A stretch of 64,000 nt of DNA, taken from assembly GCA_028534125.1 (NCBI GenBank), contig CM052817.1:16494001-16558000 (forward strand). Direction: 5' to 3'. The stretch's first letter is position 1. Each line of letters opens with the position of its first letter. The stretch is from Lama glama. Taxonomy: Eukaryota. The notes under the pieces were generated by a model. That model ran no database searches and was not told where the DNA came from. It was given only the letters and a program-made list of their open reading frames with translations. This document shows, one piece after another, positions 24,983 through 37,269 of this stretch. A program made the position numbers and the translations under genes.

Positions 24983-25387
24983 TCAGGGATTGGCAAACCT
25001 GGGTGAGAAAGATCACATCTTTATGGTCTTTCTAACTGAAATTTAGCACTTCCTTTCAGTATGAATGTAGGCAACAAACCACAGTAGTTTGAGCAGAATA
25101 AGTGTATTTGTGATTAATACAAAACACAGGTATTTCCATATCACATACATACAATTGTTACAGATACGTCAGAATGTCATTTAGGTTCTTCGGAACTTTG
25201 AAATTACAATACTTTTTACACCTGCTGCTAGAGCTTGCTAGATATTGCTAAATTATTAACTATTCTGGTAACTGTGTTTCCGTATAACTGCTTTCCTTTA
25301 AAATCCTATGTTTTTATTTTATGCACTTGGAGATATCACCATATTGCCAGAGGATCCCATGGCACAATAAAGATTGAGAATTCATGC
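24983..25387 (+). mobile_element. Charlie4a-like hAT element
   Basis: ctaactgaaatttagca...tatgaatgtaggcaacaaaccacagtagt...cccatggcacaataaagattgagaa. Confidence 0.75.
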
Positions 25388-25714
25388 TTTGGCAGGAAAA
25401 AGCACCGTAGAAGGTATGCAATTAGTTATCTTTAATGTGATCAGTCCCAGCTGGGACTCTCACCTGCAGTCAGGGTCAGCCACCAGGAGGACAGTGGTAC
25501 GAAAGCAGACACTTGGGCTGTCCCTAGAAGGGGCTGTAGATGGTGGTTCCTCAGCTGGCCCTCACCCTCCAGACGTGAGGATGACACTCCTGCTGGTCAG
25601 AGCGGCTGGCTGTTTTCTCTTCTCTTGAATAGGGGAGGCCCGGGACTTCCGAGTGTGGCGGTCAGTGCATCTTCCCAGGCCAGCTTCTCAGAAGTGTTTA
25701 TCACTTCCTCCAGG

Positions 25715-25930
25715 ACAGGCCCCAGCTGAGGTCCCAGCCAACAGCCACATCAGCCACCAGACACTGGAGAAAGGACACTGACTCCAGATTCCAGCCTCAG
25801 CCACCCGTGCAACCACACGAAGACCTAGAGACCACCTCACTCAGCCCCGCACGCCCAGCCGGGAGAAATAACAAAGGGACTGTTGTTGATTTAAGGCGCT
25901 AAGTTCTGGGATGTCTTGTTCCACAGCCCT
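25715..25930 (+). mobile_element. MaLR LTR 3' part (MLT1-like)
   Basis: ccccagctgaggtcccagccaacagcc...tttaaggcgctaagttctggg. Confidence 0.55.
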
Positions 25931-26117
25931 CATGCCCAGAACAGAAGGGGCCTGGGACTTACCTCTGCCCTTCTTCCAGGGATGCTGTTTTCTGACCTGC
26001 AGCTAGTGCACGAAGTACAGGACGTCTGCAGCCCAGACTCGAAACACATATCTATATCGTGAGGCAGGTGTTTCACTAAATGGTTTTATGTTTTCTGTCT
26101 TGTGTTAGACTCAAAAA

Positions 26118-26319
26118 CAGAGCTGTCCACTAGAAATTTCTGCAAGGATGAAAACAGCCTCCATCTGTGCTCTCCAGTGTGGTAGCCACTGCCTACATAC
26201 AGTTACTGAGCACTTGAAATGTGGTTAGAGCGACTGAGAAAGTGACTTTTAAATTTTCTTCATTTTATTTAATTCTAAATAGCCAAACATATTACTGGCT
26301 ACTTTGTTGAACAGTACAG
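26118..26319. mobile_element. MER3 (hAT-Charlie)
   Basis: gctgtccactagaaatttctgc...ggtagccact...tgagcacttgaaatgtgg. Confidence 0.8.
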
Positions 26320-26411
26320 CTCTTGAGGGACCGTTTTAGATTCCATGTGCTCATAATATCAGTTCTTACCTTCATCCTATATCTGTTTTATCTCGTGAAG
26401 GACATACTTAC

Positions 26412-26450
26412 CCGACAGGTGTGTGGCCTACTGAAAAATTACTGAAGGGT
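26412..26450 (-). other. Candidate 39-nt exon (42 nt with the NAGNAG acceptor)
   Basis: U/UG-rich tract ending aagcag|A; consensus donor CGG|gtaagt; only the phase-2 frame (PFSNFSVGHTPV) is open. Confidence 0.4.
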
Positions 26451-26533
26451 CTGCTTTTGGCAAACAAAACAAAACAACCATCTCGAAAAACCAAAAACAA
26501 ATCAACAACTCTATCAAACTGACATTATGGTAC

Positions 26534-26722
26534 CAAGTGCTCGTGGAAGCTCTGAGGCCGTCTCATTAGAGGGTCAAAGTGGCATCCAGCCCCGATCCGT
26601 TGAACGCCGAAGGGTCCCAGCCCCAGGCCTGCTGCTATACTGGACTCCTGGGATGCTATATTGTGAAGTGAATTGGGTTTCTCCACAGAAACAAGGCAGA
26701 GCAGGGCCAGGAATCTCCAAGC
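26534..26722 (-). other. Candidate 189-nt exon
   Basis: Acceptor ctctctttttcctacgcacag|G; weak donor TTG|gtacca; phase-0 frame open for 63 codons. Confidence 0.3.
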
Positions 26723-27227
26723 CTGTGCGTAGGAAAAAGAGAGTCGGGTGTGGACTTTCACTTTTGCACACTTCATATCGTTTGCATTATTTTTCGTTCA
26801 ATGAGTTTGATTAATACTTCCATGCATACCCTGGATGTTACGGCTTTATTTTTTAGGGAAGGAATAACTTCTATTTCTAAAAGCACTGTTTTATTTAAAG
26901 AGGGATCTATTCAGTTCAAAAATACAGTAAAATCTGAAAATTAGAGGACTGTGAAAAACCCACTCAGATTATTGAACAAGTCCTGAATTAGTGAATATCT
27001 ATGCTATTTGTAAGGCAAAGTAGATGTGTCACTTTCAATACTGACAAGTAACACAAACTAATAGGAGATGCAGTGCTGCCAGGAGGAAATTCTGCCAAAT
27101 CGACTCAATGAATTATAATCATTTGTAATCAGTCCATTAATTAACTGGGCACAAAAGGATGTTGAAAAGAGTTCAAGAGTGTTTTCCCAAGTAGGTTAAA
27201 TATAGCCCTCCCACCTCATTCGCTTAC

Positions 27228-27347
27228 ATGGACCCTGCCCTCAACCAACCCAAATTTTATTCAGAGAAAAAAAGTAAGTTTCAGTCTTGTCTAAATTTTC
27301 CAAATTTTCACAAACTAGAATTTAAAAGGGTCCAAATGAATAAGCTT
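27228..27347 (-). other. Candidate 120-nt non-coding exon
   Basis: Acceptor (gtttt)n-ttcctattttacgccag|A; donor CAT|gtaagc; stops in all frames. Confidence 0.3.
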
Positions 27348-27362
27348 CTGGCGTAAAATAGG

Positions 27363-27395
<33 letters not shown>

Positions 27396-27525
27396 CAAAA
27401 CACCCAGACCTAAAACCAAAAGAGTAAAGGGAAGAAATCAAACAATCATAAGTAGTCACTGAACACCACAAAGGAACATGGATTAAAGAGGAAAAAAGGA
27501 CATGTTTCGGCTTTCAGGCGCTTAC

Positions 27526-27622
27526 ATTTTAATCAGCGGCTGACAATGTAATTATAAAAAGAAACAATATTGGCCAAATGTCAGTATTTGGCTAGGAATT
27601 TCGTTTCTCCTTTTAGTAGGAG
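27526..27622 (-). other. Candidate 97-nt non-coding exon
   Basis: Acceptor atttctattcttttgtag|C; donor AAT|gtaagc; stops in all frames. Confidence 0.3.
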
Positions 27623-27749
27623 CTACAAAAGAATAGAAATGTTTCCAAATTCTGGGCCCTCAAGCAACATGTTTTAGAAAGCAGCTTTCTAATTATTCTA
27701 AAAGCGACTCTTAAGAAGGAAAAACTAAAAGAAACTAACTGCTCAAGAG

Positions 27750-28200
27750 GTGCAAGCTCACTGTAGAAAAATGCTTAAAAATAGAGAAGCAAAAGGAGGT
27801 AAAAAAATACCTGTAATCCTGCCATTCAAAGAAAAACAGTTAATTTTTTTACATTCTTTTTGAATTTTTGTATGCGTTAATTTACTTGTGTATTTATTTG
27901 CCCAATTGGTATTTTAGATATTGTTTGAAACCTGTTTTTTCCCCTTCCCCTTAATAATAAATCAGCAACATATTTCTATGGCAATAAATAATCACAATAT
28001 CTATGAAGTCTTTCACTGCATGGGTGGTTCATAATGTATCTGACCAATCCCTACTATTGGACCTTTAAGTTATTTTTTTCCACCGAAAACAGTGCTGTAA
28101 TCAATGGTCTCATTGTCACATCTTTGTGTACATCTTTGATTTCTTTCTACAGGAAATGATATTGGTGGGTGAAAGAGCATACATAGCAGATACTTTTATG
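27750..28200 (-). mobile_element. Old L1ME-like fragment
   Basis: caatccctactattggacctttaagtt...acagtgctgtaatcaa. Confidence 0.55.
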
Positions 28201-28259
28201 AGAAAGATTCCTCATTCAAAAAAGTTTGAATGAAATTCAGAATATTTAAGTAGTATGGC

Positions 28260-28440
28260 TGGTGAAGTCTGAGAGATATCTGATTAGCTGTGTGAGCTCA
28301 GACAAGTTAACTGCGGAGGGTCACATGGTGGAGCGAATGACCGCCAGGGGGCTTGTTGGGATGGTTCCAAGAAATAACACATGAAAGTGTTCCCAGCACA
28401 GTGCCTGGCACATAGTAGGTGCTTCATAAATGTCAAGTCC
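28260..28440 (+). mobile_element. MIR SINE
   Basis: agcacagtgcctggcacatagtaggtgcttcataaatgt. Confidence 0.7.
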
Positions 28441-31400
28441 TTTCCTTTCTCATCCCCACCTGATATGAAACATAGTCTCGTTCAGAGAGAGAGAGGCTAG
28501 CAAACAGAGATTGTTGTCTACATGCCTCTTTAGGAGAAAAGGCTTGTGGTGGCTTTCACGCTTTTTATTTGTTTGTTTTTCACGGCTAGAGTTTCCCCCG
28601 CCTAGCAAGGAAGCTTTACAGTGCATTACTTTAGCATTTCAATCTGCCCTGCGGGTATTATGAAAGGTTAAAACCCACACAACAAGGCAGAGTAAAGCTT
28701 GTTTACTGCAAGATTCATGTCTGGTCTTGAAAGGTATTTTCCTCCCTTGCCCCACAGCACTGATGAAAAGGAAGATGGCTGCTACACCGAGGGCGTGGGT
28801 GATGCATGCAAATTGGGTTCTGCACGGGCAGGTTGGGATACGGAGGGCTTCTTCCTACTCTACAAGCACACCTGGACTCCTGTGCCCAGGTGACAGCCAG
28901 ACAAGCTCTTTCCCTGCCCCCATCTCCCAGCTCACCCTCTCTGGAGACTCTTTCCCGGGCAGGGATCTCCAAGGAGTCCTTTACGCGTCAGAATGCATTT
29001 CAGTCAACGGCTGCCTTTCCCAGGGGTATCTGCGTTTCAGGATGCAGCTCTCTCTATGGGATGCGAGGGTTGTCAGTGTTAAAATGTTCTCTAATCATTC
29101 AGGCGGCCCTGCTTCCTTCCCTCTCCTTCCTTCCAACAGCCATTTATTAAACACATGGCACTCCAGGCTGTGTCCCGCACTGAACCACCACGGACAAGAC
29201 AACAAGCTCTCTGCCCTCTTGAAACTTACTTTTGGATGAAAAGATAGACAAAACACAAGTACACAAATCCACACCCAAGTATGAAGTCATCGGGAGAGTT
29301 TAGTCTAGGTGGGATGGTCAGAGAGACCCCTCTCTCCAAGAGGCAGTGATATTTAAACTCCTTTCAATCTTAGCAAAGTTTCTTTCTTGCCCAGAAATGA
29401 GCATGTCGATTACTACATCAGTGGGGAGCTGGATGCTTTGGTCTATTTTAATAATAATAACCTACACTTATTGAATGCTCTGTGCTAGGCAGGCTAATGT
29501 CATTTTGTTGTAGCTTGCCTTTAGGGCAAATCTTTGACAGAGGAATTAGTACCTCCAAAGAGTCAGAGGGATTTTCCCCAAATCATACTAGAAATGGTGG
29601 AGGCGCAAAAATCTGAACCCAGCTTTCCTTGGCTCTATAATCAGTGTCTTTCTGTAATACCATATCCTCTCCCTTCCTAAGAACTAAGGTTTGTGACATC
29701 AGGACTCTTGTTCCACGAAGGGGAAATAGTTTAATTTAGAATATACCCAGATCAGTTTCCAGCACACAACAAAGACTTTTTTATTTTGCCTGATTTGAAA
29801 GAGTCTACGAACCTTGAATTTCCCCCTGACTCTCTCTAACCCTTCCCTTTGGAGGAAGTAATCCAGTTGAGCCCGTCGATATTCACCTGTGTTGCCAGAG
29901 ACCCACAGCCCTGGTGTGGGGTGGCACCCCATCCCTGCCCCGCCCATGATTCCCTCCCCGCCTCTCTTCTTCCTTCTGTGTCCCATATTGTTTTGAATTC
30001 TATTGACGTAGCTATCACAGGTTTGCATGTCCGTCCTTATCCTGGAGCCCACCATCATTACAGATCCAAAGGCTAGCCCCATGCTCTGGTCCCCCTGTGA
30101 TGGCATTTGTGGAAATTATTGTTCCATTACTAGGACGCAGGAACACTGAGCAGAAACCACAGCTTTGCAAGGAAGCACCTGATATTTCATCACTGGAAAT
30201 CTGTTCAGAGTCTTCTCTTACAATACAGATGCCCTTTTAGGAGAAATGCCTTGAGTATTTCCAGCTAATAACTTCACATGGATGAATATCAATAACATTT
30301 ACATTTATATGGCACTTCCCAAAATACCCCTGCTTATATTAAGTCCTAGGGTCTTCCCCTAAACCACGATTTGTGCCACCAACCGTGATTTCCACTGTAG
30401 ACAAAGAAGCACGTAATACCTATCTGCAATTTTAGGTAAAAAGCCACTGGCCCCAGGGAGCCCAGCTGGTAATTGATCCAACTGAGACTCAAATCCAGGG
30501 CTTTGCAAGTTGAGACCAAGTGCTCCTTTCAAACACTGTTCAATGCTGCAGAGTAATTTTCTGGACCTTACTGTGGCAGCTGGGTGGAAGAGAGGGTTTG
30601 GGGGAGGTAGTACACAGGATAAACGGAGCAAGTCAGGGTGTGAGGATTGATAGATTGAATGAACTCTTAATTCGTTCATGCATAAATTTCGCAAACATTT
30701 ACTGAACACTGTCACCTGCTGTGTGAGTCTAGTTGAAAGCCTACTCACCAGGGAGATAATACTCGCACGTGGCAGAGACCTGCTAGCATTCCCTTCTCTT
30801 CCCTGGCTCCACAGATAGACTACATTTCCCAGCAGCCTCCCTTGTGCCTGGTGCCTGCGGTCTAACTAACGGAGTGTGAACAGAAAGCCTCACTCTTCCT
30901 CACTCTTTCCCTTTAATGCAGATGAGCATGGAGAGCTTAGAAGCTCTGAATTATTTAATCCTGCCAATTTGCAACACCCATTAAACATACACTTCTGTCA
31001 CATTAAACCGCTGAAAGTTTGGAGTTTATCTTTCATAATGATTAGTGTTACCAGTGCTTCTTAATCAGGTTGCAGGATAGAATTAAGGCCTCATGCCCTA
31101 AGGCATCCATTGTAGGTAGTGAATTAATTCCTCTCCTATGCATCTAAAATGGTACTAGTTCTCTCTCATCCTTAGGAGAATTGAGAATACAGTCACTCAC
31201 ACAATTTTCTGGGGAGTTTAATTCTCTTGGGGAACCCCTGTTGAGAAAGGCTGGATACAGCTGAGCCATCCCTGTCCTCAGGGGGTTTACTATAATCCTG
31301 TTGTAGAAACTGGACAGATGCACGTATCTCTGCAAGGGAAAGTGGAAAGGGAAACGTGCGTGGTTTCGCTTCCTCCTCCTGTGAAGGAGACTTTGTCATT

Positions 31401-32635
31401 GTCATTTTACGGATGAGGAAACGGTGAAGTTAAGTCAATAAATGTTCAGTGTGGCTCCACCAGGATGTGGTGAGGCCAGAATTTGAACCTGTGTCTGAGG
31501 GACTCTTGCTTGCGTTGGGAAGGAGTCCGTCCAAGCCACTGCAAAATAAGCCAGTTTAATCTAATCCTCAATTCTCTTCATGGCCCACAAGGACCAGAGG
31601 CTCCAAGAATTTTATTTTCAAGGACAAAGATAATATTTCCCTTCTGGAAAGGACAGTTCTCTCCCCATTACCTCTGCTCTTAGTCACCACTGAGATGCTC
31701 CCTCCTCATTTCCCTCAACACTACCCTGGGCGTGTTGATGGGAAATATCACTAAAAACCAATCATCGAAGTGAATCAGTAAAAAGAAGAGTCATCCTACA
31801 TTCTGACTTAGGAAAAGGGGGACTAATTTATGAAATTTTGGGAGGTACGATGAGGAAAGCAAAGGGTTGTTAGTTTACGGAGAGAATTAGGTTAACTAAC
31901 AACCATCTTCCAAAAGCTTAATTAAGTCTCTCAGCCCTCAAGTGAGGCGAGGAGATAATTGATTTCTGCGCAGCTGATGGGGGAAGTGATGGGGGAGGTG
32001 ATTTGCCCACGGCCGACAAGGGAAACAACATCTGCCCTGGGATGAACATCAAAGGTTTTCTGGCTCTTGGTCCTTTGTTCCACTTTTGAATCTGGAATGC
32101 TCAAGGCCCAGAACTGTGTGTGTGTGAGCACCCCAGAGCAGGACTGTCAACCAAGATACTCTGTGCAAATGAGAGACCAAATAATGAAGGCCTCACTTCT
32201 TAGTCATTTTCTGTCCTTCAAAGAAGTAACACAAACAATGCACTGCTTCTGAGAGTCAAGGCCACATGCGCTCGTTTTAATAAGTACTGGCACTTCTCAT
32301 TACAAGTCCTGCCCATCATCCAGTGACTTGTGATGCAGGGAAGTACTTGGAGATCTTAAAATTTAAAGCAATATCTGGAACAAACTAGAGAGAAAGTAAT
32401 GAAAGGGGAAAAAAAAGAAAAGAAGAATTAGTAACACGGCGGGGGGAAGCATTCTAGAAGAAGAATTACTGAATTCACTAATTCCTGAATGCTCACTCTG
32501 CGCAAGGAGCTTTTCAAATGTTTCTCACAAACTCTAGGTGATAAGCATTTAATTATTTTATACAGATGTGAAAACTGGGGTTTAGATGAGAAGTATTTTG
32601 TCCAAGTTAAGGAGGGACGGAGTGGGATGGAGTTG

Positions 32636-32803
32636 GGGGGAGGTGTAACTCAGAGGTAGCGTGTGTGCTTAGCATAAGCATGAGACCCTGGGTTCAATCC
32701 CCAGTACCTCCCCCAAAATAGATAACCAAACGAGCAAACCTAATTACCCCCTCCCCCTAAAAAAAACCCCAAAACAAACAAAACAAAAACAACAACAAAA
32801 AAG
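32636..32803 (+). mobile_element. tRNA-Ala-derived camelid SINE (vic-1 type), inside a MIR
   Basis: ggggaggtgtaactcagaggtagcg...ccctgggttcaatccccagtacctcc, then aaacctaattaccccctcccc and an A-rich tail. Confidence 0.9.
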
Positions 32804-32919
32804 AATGGACAGGACCCATATTCGAATCCAAGTTTGCAAGTCAGCCTGTTACCATAATGTGTTAAAAATACAAATAAAAATCACCCCCCACCAAACAAAA
32901 CAACCCAGTCCTGTCTGCC

Positions 32920-33810
32920 TCTTGTGTGGCTTTCTCCTTTACCACTTACACAGAACACTTCACTTCTGACGGTTCTGGTCACCAAATGTGTGCGAGTTTT
33001 CCCCCAACCAAGGACGTCACTGACCCCAGCTGGGTGTCTTATAATTTAACTCAATGCTGACACCGTCTACCTGGAGGGCGTGTTGCATTCCACAGGTTCA
33101 GGGATCAGCCCTGTGAGATCACCCTCTGCTTCAGATGCCAATTGCTAGTATAGGTCCCCAGGTTAATCACAACTTCTGTCCCATTTGGCTACAAATCAAA
33201 CGTTCTCATGACCTCTTTGCCCTTGGATTTGATTAGTTTGCTAGAGTGGCTCACAGAACTCAGGGCAACATTTGCTTAGGTTTACCAGTTTATTCTAAAA
33301 GCATAGGACAGAGGATACAGATGAATATACAGATGGAAGAAATGTGTAAGGCAAAGTTATGTGGGGAGGGGTGTGGAGCTTCCATGACCGCTCCAGGGAC
33401 ACCACTGTCCCCATACTGCCACCTGTTTGACAACCTGGGAAGCTCTCAGAACCCTAAGCTATTGGAATTTTATGGAAAATTCATTCCATTCATGTGATCA
33501 ATCATTAACTCCATTTTCCGCCCTTCTCCCTTCTCCAGAGAATGAAAGATGAGGCTGAAAATTTCAAGCTTCTAATCATGGCTTGTTGTTGCTGGTGACC
33601 AGCCCTCATCCACTTTGTTAGAGCAAAAGACGCCCTCATCACTCAGCAACTTACAAAGGTTTCAGGAGCGCTGTTTCAGGAACTGCGGTCAAAGACAAAT
33701 AGAAGAAAAGATGTTCCTGGTGTGCTTATCACTTAGGAAATTATGTGTTTCAGGAGCTCTGTGCCAGGAACAAGGGGCAGATACCAATACACATCTTCTA
33801 TTATCTCACA
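32920..33810 (-). mobile_element. MER21-family ERVL LTR plus start of internal sequence
   Basis: tgctagagtggctcacagaactcaggg, ggagcttccatg, ggtgaccagccctcatcc, caggagctctgtgccaggaac; ends ...tctcaca. Confidence 0.85.
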
Positions 33811-34254
33811 CTTAACAACTGCGTTGTTACCTACAGATCTGACCAAAGGAGTTCGGGAGAAGGCCTGTTAGAATTCTGTGCTTACGTGTCTATTGTTCTC
33901 TGCTTGACCGAAAGCTCCTTGAGGACCAGAGTCAAGATTTAATATCTTTATCTCCCCAGAACCTAAAGCAGTTTGCGAGAGCAATAAATGTTTGTTGCAA
34001 TGAACGAATAAACACCTGCAATGAACCATAAGCCAAGAATCAAATATCTTACCTTCTCATCTAATCCTGAGTCATCGGTGGTCTTTTGGGCTCTCAAAAT
34101 ATAGATCACATTGGCTTGCCTTCCTCCATTCTCACCACGTCCAACTTCATGGGCTGAGGAAGTCCAAAGTTCCCTCTGGAACGTCTGGAAATTTTAGGTA
34201 AGTCACATCTAGATTCTGAGACTTCACTTTATCTCCTGTACGTGTTTTGATTTA

Positions 34255-34611
34255 GGTGAAGGAGGCAGACACGTGCCTAAAAGGGTCAGGCAAGTATTGA
34301 GAGTGAGTGAGGCAGGTATTTAGTGTAAGACAGTCGGCAGTGGTGACAATTATGGCCAAGAGCAAAGATACCCCAGGCGGGGGACGAAGCTACTATTTGG
34401 CTTCAGTTGATAGCTGTGTGGGAACGAGGGCTCAGTGTAAGCCACATTTCCAGTTTTTATTTTTTGTAAAGATGCAGAAAGTCTGGATTTTTATGGGAAA
34501 GCTTCCAATTCTTAAATGTTGGCATAAAAATGTTCAGAAACACAGAATGAGCCAAACTCAACACATCTGTGTGCCGAAATCAGCCCCTAGGCCTCCAGGG
34601 TGCAGCCTCTG
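34255..34611 (+). mobile_element. MER102-like hAT element
   Basis: agtctggatttttatgggaaa...aaatgttggca...acacatctgtgtgccg...tgcagcctctg. Confidence 0.65.
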
Positions 34612-35001
34612 GACCAGATGATGTCTAAAATATTTTCCACTCTGAAAAGATTTGGCCTGGTGGCAGATCATCGCTTCAATCTGTATGTTTTTGGCTCTCT
34701 TGTCTATTTCTGCCACAGTTTAAGCAGAGTGGACGAGGGCTTAAGTGTAACCGTGTTTATAAACACCCTAAAGAATTCCATATGGTATGCCGAATGTGAA
34801 GTTGGCTTAATTTGAAAAGATTAAATGTACTCAGGCAATTGCAGAGTTGTCTGTTTCGTAAATCAATGCAATTTGTCGGCAGGACGAGAAGGGAAGAGCT
34901 TTTGGAAACGCAGCTGGTGTGACCAGTGAGCCCAGTGGTGGAGCGTCAGAGGCAAGCGGTGTGACTGTAGTTCTCCTGAACACTCACACCTCTTCCTCTT
35001 T

Positions 35002-35003
<2 letters not shown>

Positions 35004-35033
<30 letters not shown>
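35004..35033. repeat. (CA)n microsatellite
   Basis: Directly visible. Confidence 0.95.
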
Positions 35034-35036
<3 letters not shown>

Positions 35037-35082
35037 TGAGCCCCTTCTCCCTATCCCCTACCCCTGATTTTGTTCCCTGCTT

Positions 35083-35160
35083 CTTTTTTTTTTAAATTGA
35101 GCTATAGTTGATTTACAATGTTGTGTTAATTTCTGGTGTATGGCAGGGTGATTCAGGTAT

Positions 35161-35192
<32 letters not shown>

Positions 35193-35410
35193 TCTTTTTC
35201 ATTATAGGTTATTACAAGCTATTGAATACAGTTCCCTGTGCTCTACTTAGGACCTTGTTGTTGTTTGTCTATTCTGTATATAATAGTTTGTATCTGCAAA
35301 TCCCAAATTTCCAATTTATCCCTCCTCAGCTTTCCCCTTTGGTAACCATAAGTTTGTTTTCTATGTCTGTGAGTCTCTTTCTGTTTTGTAAATAAGTTCA
35401 TTTTTGCCTT
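35083..35410 (-). mobile_element. Short LINE-1 3' UTR with internal (CA)n
   Basis: Closely related to 6720-7030 (aattga.ntatagttga.ttacaatg; tagtttgtatctgcaaatcccaaa; ggtaacc.ta.gtttgttttctatgtctgtg). Confidence 0.9.
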
Positions 35411-36074
35411 TTTGTGGGTAATCTTATCCAAATGAAGAAGATTTCCTTTACACATTCAGGGACAATGTGGGAATGCTTGGCCATCTGGGACCAGCTATCT
35501 CAGCTGATAGTGGCACTTAGAGTCACGCAGAAGCCCTCAACTAGGGACCTGAGCAGGGATTCAGACCTATCTCTGGCATGAACTAACTGTGGGAGCCTGG
35601 GCAATCATTCCCCCTCTTTGAGCCTCTTGTATTTATCTGTAAAATAATGGAAATAAACTTGACCATCTCAGGTCCCCTCCAACAGTAACAATATTCACAA
35701 TCCTTGATCCCCCAAGAGGCAGGAGAGGAGGATCTCTCCTGCTTTCTCCTTTAACATTGTTTCCGCTTCACATGATGGGCATCAAGCCTTTGGCTTCATG
35801 TCAAGGCATGGGAATGAACTTGGCTGTCTACGGACACCACCTTGAGTAGCTGGAAGAAATATTTTGTGTAACGTGTGGTGTGAACCTAAGTGGACCTTGC
35901 GGCAGCTATGAATCCCATGTCAGCCTGGAACAGAGGCCCTCTTGCTTTTTCCTCTCATTTCTGGCACAGTTTCAACTGTGGAAAGAGTGTCAAACTCATG
36001 TAGTAGGTTTCCTGATCAACTCTTCTTAACCCTTAAGAACACAAGAAGGCATGAAGGAGGAAGAAGGAAAAGGT

Positions 36075-36590
36075 ATGTGAGTTAGACTTTTGATCACAAG
36101 TAACAGAAAAGCAACTCAAAGCAGCTTAAACAATAGCAGGATGATTTAATGAATATGAAAAGAAGTCCAGAGTTATTCCAGCAGATCCAGGAATAAATGT
36201 CATTAGCAAATTGATGTCATTAAGGACCCATTTTATTTCTCTACTCTGTACCACGGTAATTCCCCTCATTGTAACAAAATGGCTGCCATGGCTCCAGGTG
36301 TCATGCTTTTGCACATCAATGTTCTTGTCTATTTTCCAATAAGCCCCCAAAAGACTTCCTATAAAGTCACACTGGCCAGAAATGAGTCACATACCCAAGC
36401 TTAAAACCAGTTAATTAGCAAAGGAAGAAATTACTGTCATTGGCTTAGAGCCCGACGATCTGTATTCACCCTGGAGCTGGGGAGAAGCCCTGTCTCCTCT
36501 GAGGTGCAGCGACCCCCATCTGAACAAAATCAGGGTCTGAGTTCAAAGAAGGGCAGGGACCACGACCGTTAGAAAGACTGCCAACAGCAT
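36075..36590 (-). mobile_element. MaLR LTR (MLT1K/L-like)
   Basis: caagtaacagaaaagcaactcaaagcagcttaaacaat...caaaatggctgcc...tggccagaaatgagtcacat. Confidence 0.65.
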
Positions 36591-37269
36591 CTCTTTCATT
36601 ACTCCTCGCCCTTACCTTGGGGTTGGGAAGAGGGAGAGAAGGATGAAGAACAGTAGAAAGAAGAAGGAGGAAGAAGAAAAGCAGAGAGGAAGAGAAGGGA
36701 GAGGAGCAGCTTTAGAGTCCAACGGACTTTGGTTTCAATCCCAGCTTTGTCATCTCCTAGCTGTGTGTTCCTGGCGTGACCCCGGGCTTGTCCAGCTGGA
36801 GTTTCCTGACTTGAAAAATGGAGGGAACATGGGATTTCATGACATTAAACAAGAAGATGGATAGAAGCTGCCAAGCACAGTTTCTGCTTCAAAATAATGT
36901 TCAAGTAATGCGAGAAAGAAGAGAAATAGAAGTAGGAGAGGAACAAGGCTTTTCATACAGGGCTTCACAGTGTGTAAGATGCTCCACGAACATTAGCCCT
37001 TTGATCTGACAGCCTGTCAGTAAGGCCACAAATGGGACATGTTTGAATGTTGAAGCTACACACCACGGTACGTATTATCTCACTTAAGGTAGTAAGAGCA
37101 GGTTGCAGGTCTTCACAAAGTCCAAAGCCCCAGCAATATCCAGAAAAAGGTAGTAAAAAATTTAAAAAGTACACTGAGGGGGAAAGAAAAGCATATTATT
37201 ACATTTGGAAATCATATGGTTATCACAGCAGAAGGAGAAATCCTTACAATGAAAAGTCTGCTTTTTGGA

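Noticed and set aside
29181..29201. RE1/REST-like caccacggaca
   Set aside because: Several key consensus positions mismatch, and it lies in an L2 remnant
28727..29239. 170-aa ORF
   Set aside because: Non-ATG start, no homology recognised, and the 3' end runs into an L2 remnant
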